Shown here one piece after another: positions 15,767-24,314 of a DNA stretch of 64,000 nt. A program made the position numbers and the translations under genes. Source of the stretch: Dehalococcoidia bacterium (GTDB taxonomy: Bacteria; Chloroflexota; Dehalococcoidia; Lucifugimonadales; UBA3495); contig OZ251531.1 in assembly GCA_965243185.1 (NCBI GenBank), positions 2,214,532-2,278,531 on the forward strand, in the 5' to 3' direction. The first letter of the stretch is position 1. Each line of letters opens with the position of its first letter. Below the pieces are notes generated by a model, which did not search any database, was not told the origin of the DNA, and was given only the letters and a program-made list of their open reading frames with translations.

Positions 15767-18377
15767 TTCAGTCCCATACCATTCCGAAACAGCGGCGTCG
15801 GATTGCCCGGCGGCTGAGCAAGGCCGGGCGGTATCCCCTGGCCCGCCTACCGGGCCGTCCCGGCTGCTGAACTACATCCGCCATTGGCGGCCCGGCTGGT
15901 GCGAAGTTGGCTTTATCCTGCTACTTGCCGCCGCCTTGCTGCTGCGCCTGTGGGAATTGACCGGGCGCACGATGCACTACGATGAGGCGATTCATCTCTA
16001 CTACGCTTGGCAGCTTGCCAATTTCGAGGAGTATATTCACTCCCCGTGGATGCACGGCCCCTTTCAGATTGAACTGACCGCCCTGCTACTGCTCTTGTTG
16101 GGCGATACTGACTTCGTGGCCCGCCTGGGCTACGCGCTGTTTGGAACGGCGTTGGTGGGATTGCCTTGGTTCCTGCGGCGGCAACTGGGGCAAAGCGGCG
16201 CATTGCTGACCGGCGTAATGCTGGCAATATCCCCGGCTCTGCTCTACTTCAGCCGTTTCGGGCGCAACGACATACTGATGGCTTTTCTGGCGGCCGCCCT
16301 GTTCATCCTGATGTGGCGTTACTTCAGGGAAAGACAGAACCGGTATCTTTACTTGGCGGCCGTGGTGTTGGCTCTGATGTTTGCCGCCAAGGAAACGGCC
16401 TATATTATTACCCTGGTGTTCGGCGGCATTGCTTTTCTAACCGCTCTGACCGCTATGTTGCGGTGGGTGCGGGACGGCGACCACGACCGCCTTTCTTGGG
16501 CTGCCGGGGCCGGCGGGTTTCTGCTGCTACTGTTGACCTTGACTTTGCCGCAATGGTCGGCCGGCTTTGCCGTCTTTCAGGATTGGCTGGGGCTGACTTT
16601 GGCTAACCGGGATGGGGCGGTCAATGGCATTGTCGGCGCGCCGCAGTGGGAAGCGCCTTTTGTGCCGCTGCCTCTGTTTTCCGCGCCCCAATGGCTGCAC
16701 TGGCTGGTTTTGCTACCTTTCCTTGCTTTCTGGTTCCGTTCGGCTTGGCGGTACTCTAGCGACTGGCCGCGCCGTTTAGCCGGCATCGGCATACCGGTGG
16801 CAATGGTGGACGCCGGGGCGTTGCTGCTGCTCCGTCCCGCCGGCGGCAACAGCGACTGGATAGTGGCGGGCAGCATTGCCGCCTTGTGCGTAGGGGCATT
16901 GATTTATCTGCGCTACCCCTGGAAACGGGGCTTGCTGCTCTTGGCTGTGCCTTTTCTGGCGGCGGTGGCTTATGTTGCCTTGCTGCTGCCGGTGGTGGAT
17001 TTGGATGCTCTGTTGCGGGCGGTCTTGCCGGACGGCGTGCCGGTAGCCGCCCCGGACAACGCCATTCCGGTCAATTTCATCGTAGCCGGCGGGATTCTGG
17101 CGACAACAGCCTTGCTTTCCCTGATTGTCGGTTTGCGCTGGAAGGGCGGGGTCTGGTTGACTTGCGCCGCCCTTTTTTACCTGATTTGGACGGCTCTTTA
17201 CACTACCCTTTACACCAACTGGGCCGGCTTGTTCAGCGGCAGTTGGCAAGGGATGGGCTACTGGATTGCCCAGCAGGATGTAGCCCGGGGCAATCAGCCC
17301 TGGTACTACTATTTTGTTGGCTTGTCGGTGTATGAACTGCTGCCGGTGGTTTTCGGCGTTATCGCCGCCTTGGTCTTTATCAAACGGCGGGACGGGTTCG
17401 GCATTGCCCTGACCTTGTGGGCCGGAGTCAACCTGCTGGCTTACACTATTGCCAGTGAAAAGATGCCTTGGCTGCTGGTGAATATCACTCTGCCGTTTAT
17501 TTTTCTGGCCGGCAAACTTTTGGGGGAATGGATTGAACAAGGGGAATGGCGGCGGATTTTGGCACAAGGCCGGTTTCTGCTGCTGTTCTTACCGACGCTG
17601 GTTATGGCCGGCATCCTGTACGGCTTGCTGACTTTTGCCGACCCGGACATTCCCTTTTCCCTGACGCACGGCAGCGTTTCGGCCGGCGCGGCGCTGTTGG
17701 CCTTGGCGGCGGCTTGGCTAATCCGGCGTACCGGGAGTGGCGGCGCGGCGTTAGCCGGGTTGGGGATAGCCGCCTTGCTGCTGGTATTTACCGGTTTCAC
17801 CGCCGGGCGCGCTGCCTATACCTATGACGACTCCAATGTGGAAATTCTGGTTTATGCCCAAGGCGGCGCCGATTTGACGGAAACTTATCAAATCCTGGCT
17901 CAGCAGGTAATTGACGGCCCCGACCCGGCGGCTTTAGCCGACAATCCGGTAGTCGTGGACTACGACCTGTGGTTTCCCTTTCAGTGGTACGCCCGCCACT
18001 GGAAAGCGGAGGATAAACTGCGCTTTGCCTGTTTCAAGGCTGAGGACAACGGCGGCTGCGAACCGGTAGCGGCGGATACCCAAGCCGCCGCCTTGCTGCT
18101 GACGGATGCCCACCGCTACCGTGGCGGGAGTATGCCGCCCCACTACCGGCAGGAGGGGCCCAAGCGCAGCTTGCTTTGGTTCCCGGAGAGCTACCGCCGC
18201 CCCGGTGAAAACCGGCAAGCCGAAGGGCCGGGCGCGGAGTTGAGCAAAGACCTGGATTTTTTCCGGGGGGCGGCCACGAACCGGGACTTGTGGCATCAAG
18301 CCCTGAACTATTTGCTGTTCCGGGAGCTTAACTCGGACTGGTTCGCTGCCGAATACTACACTTACCTGCCCAAATAG
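15759..18377 (+). CDS. TIGR03663-like / GT-C (ArnT/PMT-like) membrane protein
   Basis: 872 aa, polytopic, with the MHYDEAIHLYYAW loop motif. It overlaps the upstream gene stop and is the usual genomic partner of YYY proteins. Confidence 0.65.
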   Translation: MSDSVPYHSETAASDCPAAEQGRAVSPGPPTGPSRLLNYIRHWRPGWCEVGFILLLAAALLLRLWELTGRTMHYDEAIHLYYAWQLANFEEYIHSPWMHGPFQIELTALLLLLLGDTDFVARLGYALFGTALVGLPWFLRRQLGQSGALLTGVMLAISPALLYFSRFGRNDILMAFLAAALFILMWRYFRERQNRYLYLAAVVLALMFAAKETAYIITLVFGGIAFLTALTAMLRWVRDGDHDRLSWAAGAGGFLLLLLTLTLPQWSAGFAVFQDWLGLTLANRDGAVNGIVGAPQWEAPFVPLPLFSAPQWLHWLVLLPFLAFWFRSAWRYSSDWPRRLAGIGIPVAMVDAGALLLLRPAGGNSDWIVAGSIAALCVGALIYLRYPWKRGLLLLAVPFLAAVAYVALLLPVVDLDALLRAVLPDGVPVAAPDNAIPVNFIVAGGILATTALLSLIVGLRWKGGVWLTCAALFYLIWTALYTTLYTNWAGLFSGSWQGMGYWIAQQDVARGNQPWYYYFVGLSVYELLPVVFGVIAALVFIKRRDGFGIALTLWAGVNLLAYTIASEKMPWLLVNITLPFIFLAGKLLGEWIEQGEWRRILAQGRFLLLFLPTLVMAGILYGLLTFADPDIPFSLTHGSVSAGAALLALAAAWLIRRTGSGGAALAGLGIAALLLVFTGFTAGRAAYTYDDSNVEILVYAQGGADLTETYQILAQQVIDGPDPAALADNPVVVDYDLWFPFQWYARHWKAEDKLRFACFKAEDNGGCEPVAADTQAAALLLTDAHRYRGGSMPPHYRQEGPKRSLLWFPESYRRPGENRQAEGPGAELSKDLDFFRGAATNRDLWHQALNYLLFRELNSDWFAAEYYTYLPK

Positions 18378-18521
18378 CCCTTTTCCGGTATCGGCATACC
18401 CGCCTTGGGCAGTGTATAATATCCAGTGGCGCGGCGCGCTGCCCGGTGTTGCCCGGGCGTCCTGAAGCGCCGCAACCCGGGCCAATCTATCAAGAATCCA
18501 ACGGTTTCAAGGACGGTCTAA

Positions 18522-19598
18522 TTGAGCATCAACAACTGGCGGCTTTGGGTCGGCATCGGCGTAAGCGCCCTGTTCATCCTGTTCCTGTTGCTGTCCATTG
18601 ACGGGGCCAAACTATGGCAGGTAATGCAGGCGGCCGATTACCGTTACGCCATTCCCGCCGCCGTCATCTACTTTATCGCGGTCTTTATCCGCTCGGCCCG
18701 CTGGCAGTATGTACTGTCCCCCCTCCGCGCCATCCCCCTCCGCCGCCTCTATCCGGTAGTGGTTATCGGCCACGCCGGCAACAATGTGCTGCCGGCTCAC
18801 ATGGGAGAACTAATCCGCGCCTACTACTTGGCCCAGCGGGAGCGGTTCAGCGGCAGCGCGGCATTGGCGACCATCGGCGTGGAGCGGGTCTATGACGGAC
18901 TTACCCTGCTGGCCTTGGCCGCCCTATCGGTGCTGCTCTTGCTGCTGGCCGGCGAGTTCACCGGCATCGGCGATTTTTCCCGGAGCGCCATCGTCATCAC
19001 CGCCGTTGGCGTGGCCGCCGTATTTTTCTCCGGTTTTGTGGTGGTTACTCTGCTGGCTGTCGCTCCCGGCGCGGCCCGGCTGCTTTACCGGCTGTCCGAC
19101 TTGCTGCCGGCCCGGTTCCGCGCCCAAGCCCGCGAACTCATCCACAGCTTTATCGAGGGTTTGACTATCCTGTCCACGCCCAAACAGCATTTTATGCTGG
19201 CCCTGCGGACTTTGCCGGTCTGGTTGGGCGAGGCTGCCGTCTATCTGACCATTGCCTACTCCTTTAACATCCAGGGCCACTTTGACAGCGCCATTGCCTT
19301 TGTCTTTGCCATCGTTCTGGTAACGGCTACTTCCAACCTGGCCTCCGCCTTTCCCTTTGCCATTGGCGGCATTGGCCCCTTCGAGCTGATCTCCCAGCTG
19401 ACCTTGGTAGTGTTGGGCGTTCCCCCGGAAGTAGCCCTCAGCTACGCCCTGGTCGCCCATCTGGTCGCCCTCTGGCTGCCGGTCAACTTGGCGGGCTTGG
19501 CTCTGATGCTCAAGCATAACCTTTCCCTGAAACAGCTGACCGTCCCCGCCGAATACGCCGACCCGGTCGAACCATCCCAACCGGCCCGGGGGGTGTAG
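18522..19598 (+). CDS. UPF0104 / lysylphosphatidylglycerol-synthase-TM-like (flippase-like) membrane protein
   Basis: 358 aa with about 8 TM segments. The RSARWQ motif follows TM2, as in this family. Confidence 0.6.
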   Translation: MSINNWRLWVGIGVSALFILFLLLSIDGAKLWQVMQAADYRYAIPAAVIYFIAVFIRSARWQYVLSPLRAIPLRRLYPVVVIGHAGNNVLPAHMGELIRAYYLAQRERFSGSAALATIGVERVYDGLTLLALAALSVLLLLLAGEFTGIGDFSRSAIVITAVGVAAVFFSGFVVVTLLAVAPGAARLLYRLSDLLPARFRAQARELIHSFIEGLTILSTPKQHFMLALRTLPVWLGEAAVYLTIAYSFNIQGHFDSAIAFVFAIVLVTATSNLASAFPFAIGGIGPFELISQLTLVVLGVPPEVALSYALVAHLVALWLPVNLAGLALMLKHNLSLKQLTVPAEYADPVEPSQPARGV

Positions 19599-19601
19599 CC
19601 G

Positions 19602-20930
19602 ATGCGTGTCGGAATTATCGGCGGCGGCGCGGCCGGCTTGGCCGCCGCCTACGAACTGACCAAACAAGGCCACTACGCCGAAGTCTTTGAGGCCGCCCCT
19701 TTCCTCGGCGGCCAGGCATCCACTTTCGAGGTCGGCGGCGGCCAGTTGGAACGCGGCTATCACCATCTCTTTGTCAGCGACACCGCCATTACCGACCTGA
19801 TTCACGAATTGGGCTTGGGGGATAAGTTGGCGTGGCTGGAGTCCAAAGTCGGCTTGTACCACAGCGGCCGCATCTGGGACTTTTCCACCCCCATGGACTT
19901 GCTGCGCTTCAAGCCCCTGTCGCTGGCCCAACGCATCCGCCTGGGCTTGTGGACTTTCGCTTTGCAAAAAACCCGCAACTGGCAGAAGTTCGAGGGCATC
20001 ACCGCCCAGGAATGGCTAACCCAACATTTGGGCGCGGCGACCTACCGCACTATTTGGGAGCCGTTGCTCCGCGGTAAGTTCGGCGAATACTACGACCAAA
20101 TCAGTATGACCTGGATTTGGGGCAAAATCTATCTGCGGGTGGCCTCCCGGGAGAAGGGGCTGCAAAAGGAACGCTTGGGCTACCCGATGGGCAGTTTCGG
20201 CGAAGTCTTTGACCGCTTGGGCGCGCGGGTTGTCGAGTTGGGCGGCAATGTGCATATCTCCGCCCGCGTCCACCGCATCGCCGCCGCTGACAATGGCGCG
20301 GCAACCGGCTTGGAAGTGCAGTTATACGGTCAAGAACCCGAAATCCGCAACTATGACGCCGTCATTGCCACCACCCCCTCCTACATCTTTACCCGACTGG
20401 CACCGCCCTTGCCTGACGCCTACCGGCAGCAACTGGAAAGCGTCCGCTACCTGTCGGCGGTGCTGCTGATTCTGACCCTGGACCGCCCCCTGTCGGCAAA
20501 GTATTGGCTCAATGTAGCCGACCGCACCTTGCCTTTTGTCGGCATCATTGAACACACCAATATGATTGACCAATCCCTCTACGGCGGCCGCCATATCCTC
20601 TACTTGACCAACTACACCCCCCGGGATAGCGACCTCTACCGCAAAACCCCGGAGGAACTGCTGGACGAATTCGTCCCCCACCTGCAAAAAATCAACCCGG
20701 CCTTTCACCGTTCCTGGATTCAGGAATACTACCATCACAAGGTGGACGGCGCGCAGCCCATCATCGGCATCAACTACGGCCGCCAAATGCCCGACCACCG
20801 CACGCACTACAAAAACCTCTACCTCGCCAACACCACCCAAATCTACCCCGAGGACCGCGGCACCAACTACTCCGTGAAAATGGGCCGGGAAGTAGCCCAA
20901 ATGGTGTTGGCCGATAACGGCGTCGGCTAG
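19602..20930 (+). CDS. FAD/NAD(P)-binding oxidoreductase (amine oxidase / phytoene desaturase-like)
   Basis: N-terminal VGIIGGGAAGLAAAYEL...FEA...GG dinucleotide-binding motif. Confidence 0.75.
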   Translation: MRVGIIGGGAAGLAAAYELTKQGHYAEVFEAAPFLGGQASTFEVGGGQLERGYHHLFVSDTAITDLIHELGLGDKLAWLESKVGLYHSGRIWDFSTPMDLLRFKPLSLAQRIRLGLWTFALQKTRNWQKFEGITAQEWLTQHLGAATYRTIWEPLLRGKFGEYYDQISMTWIWGKIYLRVASREKGLQKERLGYPMGSFGEVFDRLGARVVELGGNVHISARVHRIAAADNGAATGLEVQLYGQEPEIRNYDAVIATTPSYIFTRLAPPLPDAYRQQLESVRYLSAVLLILTLDRPLSAKYWLNVADRTLPFVGIIEHTNMIDQSLYGGRHILYLTNYTPRDSDLYRKTPEELLDEFVPHLQKINPAFHRSWIQEYYHHKVDGAQPIIGINYGRQMPDHRTHYKNLYLANTTQIYPEDRGTNYSVKMGREVAQMVLADNGVG

Positions 20931-21009
20931 AAAAGCAATCGGCCGGCAAACCCGGGCAAACCAACGGAGTTTGCCACCGCCGCTGACCGGTGCATTACCC
21001 CTTCCCGGC

Positions 21010-21018
21010 TGGTATAAT
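21010..21018 (+). promoter_or_regulatory. Extended -10 promoter TGGTATAAT
   Basis: tggtataat lies 40 nt upstream of GTG 21058. Confidence 0.4.
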
Positions 21019-21057
21019 ACCCCCCAACATCGTAACTCGAACCAGGGAGAGCTACCC

Positions 21058-21279
21058 GTGCTGAAAAAGAACACCGCAACCGTTGCCAACAACGGGCAGA
21101 GCCGCCGCCGTTTCCTGGCGGGACTCGGCATCGGCGCCGCCGCCGTAACCCTCCTTTCCGCCGGCTTGCTGCGCCGCGGCCGCCAACCCGACCCGGCCAT
21201 GGCTAAAGACTTCCCCGGCCCCGACTCCATTTTTCACCCGATCCAAGACCCGCGCAGCGATCCCCGCCGCCAGGGTTAA
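21058..21279 (+). CDS. Small (73 aa) protein with a twin-arginine signal
   Basis: SRRRFLAGLGIGAAAV Tat motif. AGGGAG RBS before GTG 21058. Confidence 0.5.
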   Translation: MLKKNTATVANNGQSRRRFLAGLGIGAAAVTLLSAGLLRRGRQPDPAMAKDFPGPDSIFHPIQDPRSDPRRQG

Positions 21280-21383
21280 AACCGGGCGGCCATTGCCCGC
21301 CCACCATTCCCGGTAAAATGAAAAGCGGCCGGCAGTACTGCCGGCCTCCCCATCCCTTTACAGCCTCCCGCCCCGCTGATTTT

Positions 21384-23138
21384 CTACCGCCGCCCGAACT
21401 CCCGCTCCATCTGATAGGAACTGAAATGCAGCAGCGTCGGCCGTCCGTGGGGGCAGGTATGGGGATTGTCCGTAACCTCCAGTTGTTCCAGCAGGGCGCG
21501 CATTTCCGCATCGGTCAACGATTGGCCGGCCCGGATGGCGCTGTGGCAGGCCACGGACGCCGCCAGTATATCCTCCCGCTCCTTCAGCAATCCCTCAAAG
21601 GCCGCCAAATCCAGCACATCCCGCAGCGACCGCGCCGGGTCTTGCGTGGTCAGCATCGCCGGCATTGCCCGCAGCAGGTAGCTGTTGCCCCCGCCAAACG
21701 GTTCCACCTCAAATCCGTAGGTTTGCAGGAACTCCCGGCTGCCTTCCAGCGTCTCCAACTGCCCCGGCGTCAACTCCACCACTGCCGGCGACAGCAGCGG
21801 CTGCGCCTGAACCTCCCGCTGCGCTGTCCCCTGCACAATGCGGTCAAACAAAACCCGCTCGTGGGCTGCGTGCTGATCCACCAGATACATCCCGTCCGGG
21901 CTTTCCGCCACAATATAAGTCAACCGCACCTGTCCCACCACCCGCAAAGCCGGCAAAGCCTGCTGCGGCGTCAAGGCGGCCCCTACCGGCCCGGCGCCGT
22001 CCTCCCCGGCCCTGGCGTCCCTGCTAATTGCCGCATTGCCCGGACTGCGCGCGTCAAAAGGACTGCGGAAAAACCCCGGAGTCCCGGAATTGCCGCCCGC
22101 CCCGATAGTCCGCACCGGCCCGCTAATATCCCGCACCGGCGCGGCCGCGACCAACGCCGCCCGGGCCGCTCGTTGCAGTGCCGCATATACTTTCCCCTCC
22201 TGATGAAACCGCACCTCCCGCTTTGCCGGGTGCGAATTCACATCCACCGCATCATAAGGCAGCGTCAAGTTCAGCGCCGCCAAGGGGTAACGCTTTTCCG
22301 GCAGCAAACCGTGATAGGCTTCCTCCAAGGCAAAGGACAGCAGCCGGCTCTGTATCCACCGCCGGTTGACGAAAAAGGTCATATAAGTGCGGTTCGCCCG
22401 GTGCAGGTTGGGCGCGCCGGCAAACCCCGCAACCCGATAGCCGGTCTCTGGGTCTTGCCCGGCGACTTCCAGCATTGCCGCCGCCGCTTCCGCCCCATAC
22501 ACCGCCAGTAAAACCTCCGCCGGCCGCCCGCTGCCCGGCGTGGCTAAGGCTTGCCGGTCGCCCAATGTCAAGCGGAAAGCGATTTCCGGGTACGCCAGCG
22601 CATAGCGGGAAACCAGCTCGTGGACGCGGCCGCCCTCAGCATTAGCCGATTTCAGAAACTTCCGCCGGGCTGGCAGATTGCCGAACAAATCCGCCACCGT
22701 CACCGCCGTTCCCGGCGGCCCGCCTTCCGCCCCTTCCTTCAGCAGCTTGCCCCAGACGAAATCAATGCAATAGCACCGGTCGGCAGCCGCCGGCCGGGTG
22801 GTCAAAGTCATTCGGGAAACGGCGGCGATACTGGGCAGGGCTTCACCGCGAAAGCCCAAAGTGCCGATAGCGTCCAACTGCTCCGGCCCGCTCAGCTTGC
22901 TGGTAGCGTGATGCTGAAACGCCAGCGCGACTTCATCCGGCGGGATACCCGAACCGTCATCCACCACCCGGATGCGCTCAATCCCGCCGCCCCGGATTTC
23001 CACGCTGATGCGACCAGCCCCGGCGTCAATGGCATTCTCCACCAACTCCTTGACCACCGACGCCGGCCGTTCCACTACCTCGCCGGCCGCAATCTGCGCC
23101 GCCAATTCCGGGGACAGCAGTCTGATCGGCATCAGCAA
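21384..23138 (-). CDS. mutL: DNA mismatch repair protein MutL
   Basis: GHKL ATPase motifs (VVKELVENAIDAG, GFRGEAL) and a C-terminal dimerisation domain. Confidence 0.92.
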   Translation of the reverse strand: MLMPIRLLSPELAAQIAAGEVVERPASVVKELVENAIDAGAGRISVEIRGGGIERIRVVDDGSGIPPDEVALAFQHHATSKLSGPEQLDAIGTLGFRGEALPSIAAVSRMTLTTRPAAADRCYCIDFVWGKLLKEGAEGGPPGTAVTVADLFGNLPARRKFLKSANAEGGRVHELVSRYALAYPEIAFRLTLGDRQALATPGSGRPAEVLLAVYGAEAAAAMLEVAGQDPETGYRVAGFAGAPNLHRANRTYMTFFVNRRWIQSRLLSFALEEAYHGLLPEKRYPLAALNLTLPYDAVDVNSHPAKREVRFHQEGKVYAALQRAARAALVAAAPVRDISGPVRTIGAGGNSGTPGFFRSPFDARSPGNAAISRDARAGEDGAGPVGAALTPQQALPALRVVGQVRLTYIVAESPDGMYLVDQHAAHERVLFDRIVQGTAQREVQAQPLLSPAVVELTPGQLETLEGSREFLQTYGFEVEPFGGGNSYLLRAMPAMLTTQDPARSLRDVLDLAAFEGLLKEREDILAASVACHSAIRAGQSLTDAEMRALLEQLEVTDNPHTCPHGRPTLLHFSSYQMEREFGRR

Positions 23139-23156
23139 ACCCCGGCCGGCAAACGC

Positions 23157-23594
23157 CTACCACAACGGCAGCACGGTGCCTTTCGCCCGATACTGCTTAT
23201 CCTCGGAAGTCCCTGCCGTGGCAAAATCGCAGACGATTTGATAGACCCGGGCCATCTGCTGGTCCACATTCCGCGCAAAAAAGTACGGCGGCACCCACGC
23301 CCCCCCAAAGGCCGCTACTACCTCCGGGTAATCGTCAATCACGAACTCCGGCTCAAAGGGAATCCGCAGCTCCTCCAGCCGCTCGTGAAAGTGGTGCGTC
23401 GGCTTCTCGTACACCCCGCTGATGAACGGGTTCAGGTGATGCTTCTCCACCACCTCCCACCGTTCCCCCATCCCCGACCAGATGTAGATTTCGTGCTGGT
23501 CTTCCAGCAGCTTCTGAAAGGTCTCCTTGGTGCCGGGCCGCAGCGTGTCGTCCAGCCCCAGGATGGTGTAGTCCACATCAAAGAATATCTTCAT
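23157..23594 (-). CDS. Small HAD-like hydrolase
   Basis: N-terminal FFDVDYT (DxD nucleophile motif); 145 aa. Confidence 0.55.
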   Translation of the reverse strand: MKIFFDVDYTILGLDDTLRPGTKETFQKLLEDQHEIYIWSGMGERWEVVEKHHLNPFISGVYEKPTHHFHERLEELRIPFEPEFVIDDYPEVVAAFGGAWVPPYFFARNVDQQMARVYQIVCDFATAGTSEDKQYRAKGTVLPLW

Positions 23595-23821
23595 CGTCCG
23601 ACTAAAGTCCCCCCGACGGTAAAAATCGGCTAAAAGAATATCATAACCGTTAATATGTCAACAATAGAATCATTGCAATTTTCTCCGTCTTTTTTGCCGA
23701 ACCGCGACTCGTCCTTCCCACGAAAGGGGAATCCAGCGTCCCCGCAACTTCCGGATTCCCCCTTTCTCGGCTCTCGGCAATGACCGGTTTAAGCGGTAGT
23801 AGCAATAACCGGCTAGACCCG

Positions 23822-24172
23822 CTACTCCAACGCCGCCGCCAGTGCCTTCAGGTTCGCCCCGATAATCAGCCGGTCGCCCAGCCGGGTTATCGGCCGCCGC
23901 AGCAAGCGCGGCTCCTCCAGAATCAGCCGACGCAGCTCCGCATCGGCCAGCTCCTGCCCGGCCAACCCCAGCTGATTCAGGCTAGGACTCCGCCACGCAA
24001 ACAGCTCCGACAGCGGCGCCAATCCCGCCAGTTCCTCCAACTCCTCCGGCCGCAGCGGCTCCTTGAAATAATCCCGTTCCGCCACCGCGATCCCCTTCTG
24101 CAAGAGCAACTCTCTCGCCTTGCGGCAGGAACTTCAACGCGGCCACCAGTAAAAAGTTGCTTGTTCCCCCAA
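23822..24172 (-). CDS. ArsC/Spx-family thioredoxin-fold protein with an in-frame TGA (candidate Sec) at 24134-24136
   Basis: GGGAGGG RBS then TTG 24172. The frame reads MGEQATFYWWPR-TGA-SSCRKARELLLQKGI and continues into the 95-aa track ORF. The TGA replaces the first Cys of the family CxxC / PRC motif. Confidence 0.7.
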
Positions 24173-24314
24173 AGCGTCCCTCCCGGCGGCTTGGCTAACT
24201 ATCGGTATCCCCCGGCCCGCCGCCAATTCCGCCCTATTCTAGCCCCGGTCGTCGGGGAATTAAAAGGCATTACCAGCGCGGTTTATGCCGAAATCCTTGC
24301 CGGCTGAACCCGCG

